64,000 nucleotides of DNA, from the NCBI RefSeq assembly GCF_006345805.1, contig NC_043008.1:7130001-7194000 (forward strand), written 5' to 3'. Source of the DNA: Octopus sinensis (Eukaryota). The stretch's first letter is position 1, and each line of letters begins with the position of its first letter. Below the pieces are notes generated by a model. That model saw only the letters and a program-made list of their open reading frames with translations. It was not told where the DNA came from and searched no databases. A program made the position numbers and the translations under genes. Shown here one piece after another: positions 27,028 through 40,941 of the stretch.

Positions 27028-27230
27028 ATATCTACTTTATTTAAAGCAGCAGAAAATTCAACAAAACCTGTTACTCTGAGTTTCCCCTTGCCGTTCATCG
27101 GACAGTTTTTGCTAGATTCTAGCAAAATTGAATTTTCTGCTGCTTTAAATAAAGCATATTACTCTACTACTGGTATTTGAGTACTCTTTTTTCCACCTTG
27201 TTTCACATTTATGTGTTTACTCCGGTATAT

Positions 27231-27299
<69 letters not shown>

Positions 27300-27512
27300 A
27301 TGTATGTGTGCGTGTGTCTTTGTGTTTGTCGCTCACCACTACTTGATAACCGGTGTTGGTGTGTTTACGTTCCTGTACCTTAACGTTTCGGCAAAAACGA
27401 CCGCTGCGATAAGTAGCAGATTTAAAATAAGTACAGGTGTCGAGTTCTTCGACTAAAATTCTTCAAGGCGGTGCCCCAGCATGGCCGCAATCCTATGCCT
27501 GAAACATGTAAA
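26797..27512 (+). mobile_element. tRNA/CORE SINE with an internal (TA)n/(TG)n, interrupted by a foldback PLE fragment
   Basis: Head TGGCTGTGCGG..GGTTCACTACC; CORE block ACCTTGGGCAAGTGTCT; second half resumes at about 27295. Confidence 0.8.
27068..27105 (-). ncRNA. Type I hammerhead-like motif, CCGAUGA core variant (family H2)
   Basis: CUGU-CCGAUGA-ACG GCAA GGG-GAAA-CUC A GAG-UA-ACAG; stem II decayed. Confidence 0.55.
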
Positions 27513-28948
27513 AAAAATAATAAAATGAAAGATAAATGCCATTGACCATTCTGTTGTGAAATACTTTAAGAATATCCTCCTCCATGTTGTCTCCAACATC
27601 CATGTTGTGTCCAACACCACCACCAGCTCAATCACAAAGTATTGAGTACATTTTATTTCATGTCAATCATTGAAACACTTAAATTGGTTCATTCGAAGAA
27701 TTGTTCGAGCGCTTCTTACAATAATTTCCGCGAGGATGTTGGAGTTGCAATCAATGAGCATACTGCTTGTTGAGAATTTAAATACATTCTTATTACTCTA
27801 CGTGAACAATATTTATTTATATCATTGATTCGTTGTTCTTAAATTGAAAATATAAGCTTTATTTCTTTTTACGATATAAAACTACTCTGTTTTAATATCG
27901 AGTGACTTCCTTTTCTCTGTATAAATTAGTATAAAATTTAATTTGAAACTCACTATACGACGGATATAAGATACCGACACTGAAGCATCAATGCTAATAT
28001 TTAATGGAAATAAATGTAATCGATAAAGAAATATTTATGGAATGAAAGTATTTCATTATCAATTTAATCTCCTCATATCCAAGAGAGGCAACAATTTCCA
28101 AGTGATGTTATTTTACTGCCGAATTGGGAATTTTTTGTATAGAGATCTGAAAGGTAAAATTTCAGTAACCCAACGAGCCACTTAGAATTTTTGGCAGCTC
28201 ACCAATGTCTACAGGTATTTATAGATCCTTGTAATTATAGAATGTGAAATTGTGAACAGACACGTAAAGTTGCTTACAGAGAATGCGGGAAATTTTCTGA
28301 ATTGGATCTTCCTCAAAAACAGAGCTAGTTTATGAATATTACATTCACACACTGACACGAGCTTTATGGACTTTTTGAGGGTCTTCTATATGAACAAATA
28401 TTTTCCCAGTATTCTTGGGGGAGAGATGAAATATTTACGGTAAACTAAAACGATCAAAGGTCGTGGAAAGGTCACATGGCTTATTCTTGATGATACCCTG
28501 CTTCATCTCCGAGACTTTCCTTTATATCTTGTTTTTAAAATCCTATGGTATCACCGGAGGGAGGACTTCTAAACCAAGAGATAGTATTTAAGGCGTAGTT
28601 TTAGAATTTAATATACTACAGGGAGAATATTCAGCGTTTAAGTGATGAGGATGCTGCCCAGAAGGTGGGATTTTGGAAAAAGAAACGCTACGGAATTAGA
28701 ATTGATATATTCGGTTCTTTCGCTTGTAAACAAAACCGCGCGCGCGCACATATACACATACACACACACATATGTAAACAGTATATATATGTGTGTGCTT
28801 ATATGCATATATATATATATATGTATATCAATATATCTACCATTTATGCATATATATATATGTATGTATATCTATATCTATATATATATATATATATATA
28901 CATACATAAATACATACATATATACATATACATATATATATATGCATG

Positions 28949-29003
<55 letters not shown>

Positions 29004-29044
29004 TATATACATACATGCATACACACACATACATAAAGGCACCG

Positions 29045-29820
29045 ACAAAGTCGGCTGAAAATGTCTTAGGCTAAGCAACATCTTCTAATGGAATGTGACT
29101 AAATAAAGTTCATTTTTCCAACACAGACTTCTTGTCCATGGGTGTTTCAATGCTTGCATTCCATTGGTGAAGAGGCTTTCATTCTGCTGGTCAAAAGATT
29201 CATCTACAGCAGATATGACGTCGTCATCACTGCGATACTGGTTCCCAGCCAAATGTTTTTTTCATGTTGGCAAAGAGTTGATAGTCAGATGGGGCGAAAT
29301 CAAGAGAATAGGGAGGGTGATTAACCAGTTCAAAGCTACAGTCACGCACAACCAAGGACTTGCGTGCTGGAGCATTTTCCTGCAGAAACATGTTCCCTTT
29401 CGTCAGTTTTTCTGGGCGTTTGTCCTTGATAGCCTTTTGTAACTGCTTCAGAATGTTGGCACAGTACACTCTATTGATGGTGTGGCAGTTTTGGAAGATA
29501 GTCAATAAGCACAATGACTTTTGCATCTTTAAAAACGAAGCCATCACCGCTTCAGACGCAACGGCCTTGGCCTTCTTTGGAGCGGCTGATGACGGGTGTT
29601 TCCATCGCATGAATTGTCTCTTTATTTCGGGCTCAAGATGTTGAAGTCATCATTCATCCTGAGTTAGAAAACTTTCAAGAAAGCCAGCTGAATCTGCTTC
29701 AAACAATGTGAACAGTCAGATGTCAGTTTATTGGGAAAGAAACAAATCAGTTATTAATGAGAAATGTTGAAATTAATGCATGCAAAATTTCGCAGCTCTA
29801 GCATTATCCTTCATAGTCAA
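29045..29820 (-). mobile_element. Mariner relic retaining the catalytic half
   Basis: ORF 29227-29610: WKHPSS..PKKAK, FLQENAPA (HDNA motif), HPPYSLDFAPSDY; decayed TIR at the left end. Confidence 0.92.
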
Positions 29821-29843
29821 TATATATATGTATATGTATATAT

Positions 29844-30075
29844 GAAGGCGCGTGGCTTAATGGGTAGGGTGTCAGCATCATGATCGTAAGATTGTGGTTT
29901 CGATTTCTGGACCGGGCGACGCGTTGTGTTCTTGAGCAAAACACTTCATTTCACGTTGCTCCAGTCCACTCAGCTGGCAAAAATGAGTAACGCTGCAATG
30001 GACTAGCGTCCCGTCCAGCAGGGGAACAAATACGCCATTGAAACCGGGCACATGAGCCTGGCTAGGCTTTCAAAA
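29844..30075 (+). mobile_element. tRNA/CORE SINE, tail type 3 (CTGCAATGGACTAGCGTCCCGTCCAG)
   Basis: A/B boxes and CORE-like TGTGTTCTTGAGCAAAACACTT..AAAATGAGTA. Confidence 0.88.
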
Positions 30076-30138
30076 AGCTCATTAATTTTGTAGTATATAT
30101 ATATATATACTATATATATATAATAATTACACACACAC

Positions 30139-30175
<37 letters not shown>

Positions 30176-30190
30176 ATATTTATATATAAT

Positions 30191-30232
<42 letters not shown>

Positions 30233-30650
30233 CATATATATTATATAATATATATATATATATAATTACATATATATATATTATATATATAATTACATAT
30301 ATAGAATATATATATATATAATTAAATTATTATATATATTAATTATATAATATATATATAGATATATATATTAAGAAATACTTTTTTTTAGAATAATGGT
30401 TCCCCCAAAACATCACGTAGAACTATAAAAAATACCATTTAAATATGGTTGGAAAAACTTCTGGCATAAAGGCTGCATGTGGATCCGTGTCGTCCCACAG
30501 ATAACCTTCAACTTTTTCCATCCAAAACCTTTTTTCCTCGCAATATTTCCATGATATCGTTTATAACTGTATATGATGTACCTCGATAACCATTATTTCA
30601 TAAAAGCCTTGATTTCACATTCTCTAATTCTCATTAGTCCAAGATTATAC

Positions 30651-30686
<36 letters not shown>

Positions 30687-30689
30687 ATA

Positions 30690-30791
<102 letters not shown>

Positions 30792-33077
30792 AATATATGC
30801 GTATGTATGTATATGTATGGTGTGTGACGCAGCGGTACAAAACAACAGATCGATAGAGACAAACAGTTAGATACATAGAGATAAAGTGAGAGAAAGGCAG
30901 GGGAAGAGAACGACAATCGTTCTGACCTAATGAAACAGCAGATGTTGTTAAGTGAATCAAATAGAAGATTGTATCCAATGAAAGAACAAAGAGAAGAATA
31001 ATGATGATATAAACAAAGATAGATTCTTCTTGCTAATGAATTGTTGGTTCAGTTGATGAGCGGTTTGGCGGATTTGTCAATGGAACGTTAATAGAATGGA
31101 GTTGAAAGACGAAATGAAATTAAAAGACCAAAACCAACCGAAAGAATAGAATTCGTTCATTGAAATGTGTCAGCGTTTTGCAGAAGCATTAAGAAGACTG
31201 CGAAAGAATGCTTGTATATATATATATATATATATATAATCATCATCATCAACATCATTATCCAGTGTTTAAAATCTGGGTTTTGTCCCCGTTTACGGGG
31301 TTGGCTGGATCTACCTGAATGCCATAGCAACTGAGGTAGGCAGGTGCAGCCCACCCCAACCTTTGCGCTGGTTGGCTGGTGTCCATTCACCTTTGCTATC
31401 ATGAGGCTTTTTTGGAATTGGATTTTCTACGCGGAGCATGCCCGTGCTTACCCCCAACCTCAGTTTCTAGAGGTCCCGAGAGCAAGACCTCTATAATGAT
31501 TTTTAAGAAATGTCGTGGAAAACTAACTCGGGAAGGCAGGGACGCTATTAATCTCATCCACGGATATTGGCTATCAAGAAAATTTGCAAACTGGAGATCT
31601 TTTGTGCTTCAAATGTCCACTAATATCCAAAGAGTTTTAATAATGCCAACTATGAAGAAAAATAGAGCTTGCGCATCATTTCACTACTTTAACTTACAAC
31701 TGTTTCGTCACGTTTCAATATAATCAATCTCACAATATTATGTAATAAACGCCAGTATTTCGAAAATACCCCACCGGCTGACGACCATGACCTTCATAGT
31801 TACGGGCTGCTCTTTGTCAAGGTATAGCACGCATTCAGTCACCCTGCCACTGATATGGCGATGTTATAGGATTGTGGCATTGCGGATTGTGAAGAGGTAG
31901 TGGAAGGGTTCAAGTCAGTTAATGGTGTCTCTAAGGTCTATCAAGAACGTAACTGCAATACATCTGTAGAGGTGTCTTCCATAGTTGTTATATTAGTTTA
32001 TGAAAAATTCACTACGACTCAAACTCCCAATGGAAATTCATGATAACAGAACTGGAAGGCGACAGAGAATCATGGGAATGAGCGAAAGCAGCGAAAAGAT
32101 GAAATAAAACATGCAAACATTGGTTACTTTTCGTGCACTATTATTCATGGTAACCTTAGCAACACACAAGAAAGTGTCCTTTTCAGAAATGTGCTATTCA
32201 GGTTATACGGAATAGCCCACATATGAATGTGTTACTCTGATGATTCCGTTTTGTGTGTTATGTAGCTACACCTCGGTGGGTCGCTGGTACGTACGTCGAA
32301 TCGGATGGTCTGTGCTATTCGTTTCGCTTCTGTATTCTCTGAGTTCAAACACCGCCGTGGTCTATGAGGTTGGCGGATTTAATCCAAAAATGATATTTGA
32401 ATTGGTATTAACTTAATTTTCTCCTGCAGGCAATTAGAACATGCTTCCAGGTTGATGATAACGTGATAACTGCCTTCATTCCAACCGATCAGTCAATAAA
32501 GGTCTGTTTTCCTTCCTGGCTAAAATATATTTGTGTATACAGGCATGCATACATGCATGCATGCATACATACATACATACACATACATACATACATACAT
32601 ACATACATACATACATACATACATAATGCGTACAGTCCTATATGCATGCGTACATACGTAAATGAACGTATGTATATTAGTAAAGAAAGTGGACAGAGAG
32701 ATAGGGAGGGAGAGAGAGAGAGAGAGAGAGTGGTGAGTGAGTGAGTGAGGTAGGGAGAGAGAGAAAGAGAAAGAGATGTGAGAATTTGGAAACTCAGTGA
32801 ATTTCTTCACATTTTCAGATTTCAAGAAGAAAAGCAAAATGAAAAATTCATGCAAGATTTAGGAGGTACTTTACAAATCATATTGTCTCTCTGTCCTTTT
32901 TAGTAAATATAGAGAAAAGAAACCATGGGTGTGCAGGAATTTTGTATCTTTTTTTTTTCTTCTAAATGACGGATAATAATTCAACGAATTACGTAAGGAA
33001 GTGTTGGATGTAAGACTGGCAGTTACCGAAATCCATAATGATGGCCATTATATCAAGCATATACTGTCAAGTTAGCT

Positions 33078-33420
33078 ATGTACACGGCTGAAGTCACCAC
33101 AACAACACCAAACCTTGCGGCCAATGAGAAAATGTACATTGGTATATATGAAGTTGACTTCATAAGCAGATTTTATAAGCATGTGGCTTCATTTAGGTCC
33201 TGCTAACAAAAGAACTACTTCAAGTTAGCAACGCATATCGGGAATTTGAGGAAAAACATCCCTTCCAGCAGTTAATGGAAAATCCTCTAGAGATCAAAGC
33301 CATATATGAATGGAACATAAAAATACCCCTTTGTGCTGAATGAATGAATACAGATCCTGCTTAAAATCGAAGAACAAAACTATTTAAACTGAAAAATGTT
33401 CATAAATTACGTTCATTAAA
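33078..33420 (+). mobile_element. Degenerate PLE C-terminal GIY-YIG endonuclease (second PLE lineage)
   Basis: Manual translation MYTAEV..MYIGIYEVDFISRFYKHVASFR..LATHI..WKIL*RSKPY..PLC..NRRTKLF; in-frame stops. Confidence 0.75.
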
Positions 33421-33610
33421 ACTAGTAATTTTTATCCAACTGAAAAATGCCTCACCACATCTATTTTCCACAATTTCTTATCATATGCTTATACGTTTGC
33501 CATCTTAACATCGATTTTTTTCTCTAAACTTCTTAAACCAGTTAACATAATTTACACAGAAGAATTAGATACTGGTTATGCCGAATCATATTCAATGTTT
33601 TGGTTCCCCA

Positions 33611-33990
33611 AAGCGGCCAACTGGCAGAAACGTTAGCATGCCGGGCGAAATGCTTAGCGGTACTTCGTCTGCCGCTACATTCTGAGTTCAAATTCCGCCG
33701 AGGTCAACTTTGCCTTTCATCCTTTCGGGGTCGATTAAATAAGTACCAGTTACGCACTGGGGTCGATGTAATCGACTTAATCTGTTTGTCTGTCCTTGTT
33801 TGTCCCCTCTGTGTGTAGCCCCTTGTGGGCAGTAAAGAAATAGGTATTGTTACCATGGTATTTCGTCCGTCTCATGTTCTGAGTTCAAATTCCGCCGAGG
33901 TCGATCTTGCGTTCATCCTTTCGGGGTCGATAAAGGAAGTACTGGCTGAGTACTGGGGGTCGATGTAACTGACTTATTCCACTGCCCGTG
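33611..33990 (+). mobile_element. SINE A followed by a SINE B body
   Basis: Junction AAAGAAATA GGTATT..GGTATTTCG at 33834-33863. Confidence 0.9.
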
Positions 33991-34009
33991 ACATTGGACC
34001 ATCGCAGGT

Positions 34010-34190
34010 TACAAGCTCAGTCATTTTGAGGGCGGGGAGCAACTCAGTTTCGTTTACCCCAGTACTTGAACGGTACTTTATTTGATAAACCCCGAAGGGA
34101 TGCAAGTCGGCATTTGAATTCAGAACGTAAAAGAGCCGGAAGAAACGAGTGAGTATTTTGTCCGACGTGCTAACTATTTTTACTAGCCTT
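34010..34190 (-). mobile_element. SINE B remnant, tail-to-tail with the previous copy
   Basis: ACCCCAGTACT..CCCGAAGGGATG..TTTGAATTCAGAACG. Confidence 0.75.
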
Positions 34191-35352
34191 AATATTTAAT
34201 ATACATTTATTGAATTCCTTTCCTTTTAAAAATAAATTAAATAGTTATAAAAAATACTTTAAATAGGTATAATATGGCTGACGATGCAAGCTGCCCAAGT
34301 TGCTTGTTATACATTATGTTAAGTTACTGCTCCTTTCATGAAAAATAGTTTATTCAATAATGGCAGTTTATTTTCAAACAAGCTTGTTTTTCATTTTACA
34401 ACCCTGTTCATGATATTAACCCTGGGAACAAAATTGACAATTTGTGAGGCAATTGACCATAACTCAAAGTAACTGGGTATAACAGAGCATTTTATTCATC
34501 GCATGAAGTTTTTCTTTCCTTTTTTTTTTTACCACCAACAGATTGTAATTAAATATTAACAAGACTCAAATATATTCCGTGTTTCTCTTTTCCTTTGCTG
34601 AATCAACAAGCAAAAGAACCGTTCGTTTTCTTTCTCTGTCCATGTATCATTCTCTCTTTCTTTCCACTTTTATATATATGTACGTACATATGAATGAAAT
34701 AGTTTAGATTCCCATCAAGCAAGATAGTAAAGTTTTAATTAATGTAGGTGAGATATTTATCACTGTGATATATTGTATAACCCGCTCGGATGATAGTCAA
34801 GCTAACGTTTCATATCAATGCGAATAAGCAAACAGCTATGATGGTCCTAAGATGTGCAGCATATAAAGCAGATATGCAATATTCACTACAAGATATGCAT
34901 GCATGCTTCTCTGTATATTATCTCAATAAGCATAGGGGAAATTATATTAAACATGCATACCACGGATGTATATATTTCAGGATATTCACTTCTATTTTAT
35001 TGGTATATATATATTAATTTTCATTTGCACCTGCACTGCCAGTGAGTGCGTTTGAAATGTGTATACATGACGATCCGAATACATGTAAATAACGCATGTA
35101 ACATGTAGCAAGTTATTAATTCATCTCTTCTTCTTCTCCTTATCTTCCCCTTTCGCTTCCCAAACTTTACCGAATTCTAAAGTATTAAGATGGCTCACCA
35201 ATTTTTTTTTTCTTTCACGTTCACATCTCTCCACATTTGATAATTTGATTATGTACCTGATCGATGATCACAATCATATTACACACTTCCTCTTTTATGA
35301 TATGTTAATCATATTTATGCGCTACATACACACAAACATATTACGTTTATTT

Positions 35353-35448
<96 letters not shown>

Positions 35449-35549
35449 GCATGTGTATACACACGTAGAAACAAGTAGTATCAAACAGTTATATGTTTCA
35501 ACTCATTTTATCGAAAGGCCTTTGAAAATTGCTTTGAAATACTACTAAC

Positions 35550-35593
<44 letters not shown>

Positions 35594-36861
35594 ATCATTA
35601 TTATTATTATTATTACTTCATATCAAACATATCATGCATTCTACTTTCCAATCGAGTCTTTCTTGAATCCTTGTCTTCTCCACTCTAACGCCTGATCTTA
35701 GTATAAATACATACGTGTATATAGGCATATTTATCTGTCCATCTCTCTCTGCTTCTCTCTCTTACTCTCTATGTGTAACATATTATTCCATATTAAAGAT
35801 CTATGTAACATTATATTACTTAGTCTAACTGAAACAACATAATGTCGATAATTCTACAGTTATCTATTTGAACGCCTTAATCTTGATGAATTAGATGATA
35901 TATATAAAAATATCCTAGTGTCTATCATCAGTAAGATGCATATCTATTCCTCTGTCAACCAGAGCAAAATTTTACGCATACTTATTAGGATATATAAAAG
36001 AGTATCAGAAAATTTGGATTCAGAGAATTATGCAGCTTACACAGTAAGCTCCACATTCGGAATCGGCTATCAGGTTACTTAATAATTAATGATCATAAAG
36101 TATAAAGTAATATGTCTGTGTAACTGAAAATCCAAACAACACTTCAATCTGTCTAAGTTCAGGAAGCATAAAAATTATAAGTTCTGGAAGTATAAGAGGT
36201 GAATAAAGATTTATTTTCCTCATATCACTTCCATTTGATTACAGCCGTTTCGCAACCTTCAACATATATTATTAATTTCAGTATACTAAGTTATAGTTAT
36301 ATGTTTACAGCGACAATTCAGTTAGTCGATATACCAACGATGTGCCGGTAATCTGGTGAATAACTTTCTTTGTTGGAATCAATGTGTAAATATCCAATCA
36401 AGTTGTATCATGTTAAAAAAGTCTATTGAGAAAACATACGCATATTCTTTTGTATACTAAACATAAATTGTATACATAACATACACACACCCACCCACCC
36501 ACCAAATATGCATATATACATACATTGATACATAAATTTATAAATGAGGGTGAAAAATTGATATTAATTTAATAATACCATTAATTTAACACCAAGTGGC
36601 TTAGCACATAAAACTAGGGAGATAATACAAATTTATACATAAATTATTAGAGAGTTACCACTATGTGGATAGCTCTAGTGCTAAAAATAGCTCCGTTAGT
36701 ATAGCCACAGAAAAGATGTTTCCAAGTAGAAATAACATTACATTTAACGGAAAGAAAGTGAAACATAACGAATAAATAGATTTAGATTGATACATTGATA
36801 CATATATGCTTACTATAAATATGTATGTGCATGCTTTTGCTACTTTGTGTATGTATATATA

Positions 36862-36922
<61 letters not shown>

Positions 36923-37355
36923 CATAGAGAGTGAGATAACCACCCAGGCTCGCAGTAGGCTTCTGTAATTACCTTTATAGAAAATTAAATGCGTAAATCT
37001 TTTGCCGAATAAAAATATTTGCCCTTCAAAAGTATCTCGACAAAACACTGAAGATGGAGTTGCTACGACTGAATCTGTACTGATCTCTGTATCTATGGAT
37101 CTCTACGTTTATGTTTCAACTTCCGCAAAGAATACATACATACATACATACATACATACATACATACATACATACATACGTACGTACATACATATGTACA
37201 TGTGACCTAACTATATAGACAGATATACCAACATATGTACACACACACATAAACATAAAATGTATACAGCTGTTACTCTCTACATGTATATAAAATATAT
37301 ACACACATGTATACATACATATATCTATATATATATGAATATATGTATATACATA

Positions 37356-37419
<64 letters not shown>

Positions 37420-39031
37420 TATGCACACACATTCATGTATATATAAATACACCACACATACACACACATGTATAATTGTATGCTTTGATGCAGTACACTC
37501 TGCCAGATATTCCGTCTCACTTTTCCTAGATTAACCTCCCGTTTCTTTTCCCAAATTGTATTATAACTGTATTATTCACAGAGATAGGCTACACTGTTAT
37601 TCACATCAGTAATATATTATTACAAATAATCACTAACTAAATATTGATATTTCAAAATTTCATTCTATAAACATACGTGCATATTTATATATATATAAAT
37701 GTACATGTATATATATGCGTATATGTATGCATATATGCACTGATGCACACACATATATAAATGGATATGACTATACATTTCTCTCAGTAGAACGATACAA
37801 TTATATGGGTATACGTTATAAATACGTCTGTATTTCACATTTTGTATATCAAACCGTATCTGTAAGGAACTCTAGCTGTTTAGTAGAATATATTTATGGA
37901 ACTGTATATGTATAGGACCCTAATATCAATGGTACTATTCCTCTATAGTATTCTAGCTTTAAGGAATTCTCCGCGAATGGTATTCTATCTCAATGTAACT
38001 CTCCTTCCTCTATAGAACTCTCTCTGAATGATATCCACAACACAATCATGAAATATGATCTTTTATATTTAATTAAAACTTTTTAAACCTGATTTAGCTT
38101 TAAAAATAATGTCTGTTGCATGAATATGCTTCTGATATTAAATGCTCACCATTGAATGTATTCACATTCAACAAATGTCGTATTTACTAACTGAGATTAA
38201 ATCTACATATATATATATATGTAGAGTTTTATTATGAGACATACGAATATAAAGATAGTGGAACATAGAATATATAAATAATAAATTCCAAGAAAATAGA
38301 AATAATACCGTAACACAATATGTCATTATACTAAAAGAAATTATTCCTAACATTCTTAATAAATATAAGTTCACCAAATGATTTCACAAAGCAAATACTA
38401 TCAACAAATTTCGTGTGTCTAACGTTTTCAAATTACATATTAACCTATATTTTCATATATATGTATCTCTACTCAGAGGTTAATCTTGTAACTATGCTAT
38501 CTTTGAATTTCTTTATTAGTATATAATACAAAGATAATAGTAATATTTTTGCATTATATTGAATTCTGTTGAATTAAAATATTGTTGAAGATGCCAATGA
38601 GGAATTAGATTTTTTTTTTATTTCTAATAGACTTCTGATTAACGTGCAAGTATTGATATTAAAACCTATACAAATGAACCTGAAATTTCACTATAGCTGC
38701 AAGAAAACTGTGTAATGGGAAGGCACAGAGGGAGCGGGGGCTTGATAGTTGGATACTGGTACAAAGGCTGACATTTTACAGAAAACCATTAATATGTCTT
38801 GTCAAAAGGCTTATGTCAGATTGACATAACAACGCAGCTTGCTAGAGCGCGGAAAAACTTGGGGCTAAGAATGAAACCATCGTGTTGGCAGAAAACTATA
38901 GGTCCATTGCTTGTTTAAACATTATGTACAAACTGTACACAAGCAGTTGCAGCTAATTCCCCTTGGATCATTGTAAGTCCAACAACAGTGTGTTAGATAA
39001 GCACACGCACACACACACACACACACAATGT

Positions 39032-39246
39032 GACCGCGTGTGTACCGTTGGCGATTTTTTTCCCTCTGTCTTCCCTTCTCTGGATCTTTCTTTTTCCTAT
39101 GTTTCTGATGAAGAGCTCCAACGTAAAGCTCGAAACGGAATGCCCTCATTCTTCCCTTCCTTTCTGAGCGTCCAATAATACTATATTTGTTCCACGTCCT
39201 TGCGTTGTTGTGTTTTCTCTTGGTGTTTTTCATGTTTGGATTAACT
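39032..39246 (+). mobile_element. Probable PLE terminal-repeat fragment with a decayed hammerhead (family H3)
   Basis: CTGATGA-A-GAGCT[9 nt]AGCTC-GAAAC at 39105-39136; sits between (CA)n and (TA)n. Confidence 0.55.
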
Positions 39247-39295
<49 letters not shown>

Positions 39296-39615
39296 CTTTG
39301 ATAGGTTTCGGCCATTATTGGCCCAGGCCATGTCTAACTTAATAGCACCACCTGGTGAAGTCTTTCAAGTCAGAATTTGGGCACTATGGCCCACTCAAGT
39401 AGAGAGTTATTGTTTACAGAGACATATCCGGGTGTAGGGGGTTTATCCGGGATTTCTTGAAGGAATCTGTCCAAAGACTTCTTGAACCCTATAGGGTCAG
39501 TTTATATTGATATATACGTACATATGTTCATACGCGCATATATATATAAATATATATCTATACATGCATACATCTATAGAGACATATGTAAAGCTATACA
39601 GACATATATACATCT

Positions 39616-39664
<49 letters not shown>

Positions 39665-40380
39665 TATACATATATATATACATACATACATCTATACCTC
39701 CATCGATGCATACATACATGCAACATGGCGCCGTCAGTGTCAGACGTGCAGGCTTAGAGGACCGTTTAAAATACATGTTTAAATACATAATACTTCTGCA
39801 AATAGGCCAACTCTTTCAGCCTAAATCACTAACTTGTTTATTTCTGCAATTGCGAATAAGAAAAACACATTTTACTTATCAACTCAGCATTATTTAGACC
39901 AGATTTTAAAAAAAATATACCTTTATACAACCCGCTATTTCACTAGCCCAACCATAGCTGAAACTATTAACCACATAACCGATGAGAGTAGAATTACAAC
40001 ATCGAGAAGCTATTCAAGAAAACGAAAGTACTGCTCTCATTTTACTTTGCATCTAACCAAGATCTTCCTCTTTCCTATAAAAAGGCCCGTGATGACCTGT
40101 CTCTTCTGGTTAAATGAATACTGAAGCAGATAAGAAACTAGTTACCCCCAACTGAAACAGTTTCTTGGCGAAATAACTTTGGCAACAAATATAGTTCTTT
40201 GTAAAACATGGCTGCTTTCGTGATGGTAATCGATCTAATCAAAACACTGAGAATTGGCCAAAATCTGCCATAAGAGTGATCGGAAATAAAGTAAATAAGC
40301 TGCTACCGCTGTCGCTAGATTCTCGTCTATCACCGGATGTAACTGAGTTAACAGAGACAACTGTGGAATGTATTCAGTTT

Positions 40381-40697
40381 AGTGGCACTCCGTCGGTTAC
40401 GACGACGAGGGTTCCAGTTGATCCGATCAACAGAACACCCTGCTCGTGAAATTAACATGCAAGTGGCTGAGTACTCCGCAGACACGCGTACCCTTAACGT
40501 AGTTCTCAGGGAGATTAAGCGTGACACAGAGTGTGACAAGGCTGGCCCTTTCGAAATACAGATCTTACTCATTTCTGAATGAGCAACCTGAGCAACGTGA
40601 AATAAAGTTCTTGTTCAGGAAACAACGCGTCACTGGGAATTGAACTCACAACGTTTCGATTGAGAGCTGAATACTCTAACCACTAACCCATACCTTT
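40381..40697 (-). mobile_element. tRNA/CORE SINE, tail type 1
   Basis: CORE head plus 3' half shared with 24323-24505. Confidence 0.88.
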
Positions 40698-40760
40698 TCG
40701 ACACTAATTATTTACATTATTTACATTTAACAGATATTTGTCCTCATCTTGTTTATTGTT

Positions 40761-40806
40761 AACACAACGTTTCGGCTGAAATACCCTCCAGCCTTCATCA
40801 GGTGTC
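40761..40806 (-). ncRNA. Minimal type I hammerhead (family H1)
   Basis: GACAC-CUGAUGA-A-GGCUG..CAGCC-GAAA-CG-UU-GUGUU. Confidence 0.8.
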
Positions 40807-40867
40807 TTGGGGATATTTCGAACCTGGGTTCTCATTCCTAATTTATTATTATTATTATTATTACTAT

Positions 40868-40941
40868 TCAGGTCACTGCCTGGAATCGAACTCGGAATCT
40901 TGGGGTTAGTAGCCTGTGCTCTTAACCACTACGCCATATGC
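40868..40941 (-). promoter_or_regulatory. tRNA-like segment with Pol III A and B boxes inside the PLE
   Basis: TGGCGTAGTGG (A box), CTACTAA loop, GAGTTCGATTCC (B box); same position at 57913-57989 and 61110-61181. Confidence 0.75.

Noticed and set aside
30370-30640. Unique segment inside (TA)n that partly reads as protein on the minus strand
   Set aside because: Needs two frameshifts and matches no motif I recognise
35790-38640. Possible further decayed PLE RT pieces (near 35850-36000 and 38250-38420)
   Set aside because: Only vague similarity; no diagnostic motif intact
39300-39335. GGCC-AATAAT-GGCC-GAAAC hairpin on the minus strand resembling a hammerhead half
   Set aside because: The CUGANGA core is missing
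40868-40941. Functional tRNA gene (ACT anticodon loop)
   Set aside because: Acceptor and anticodon stems pair poorly and it is always embedded in the PLE; treated as a tRNA-derived promoter
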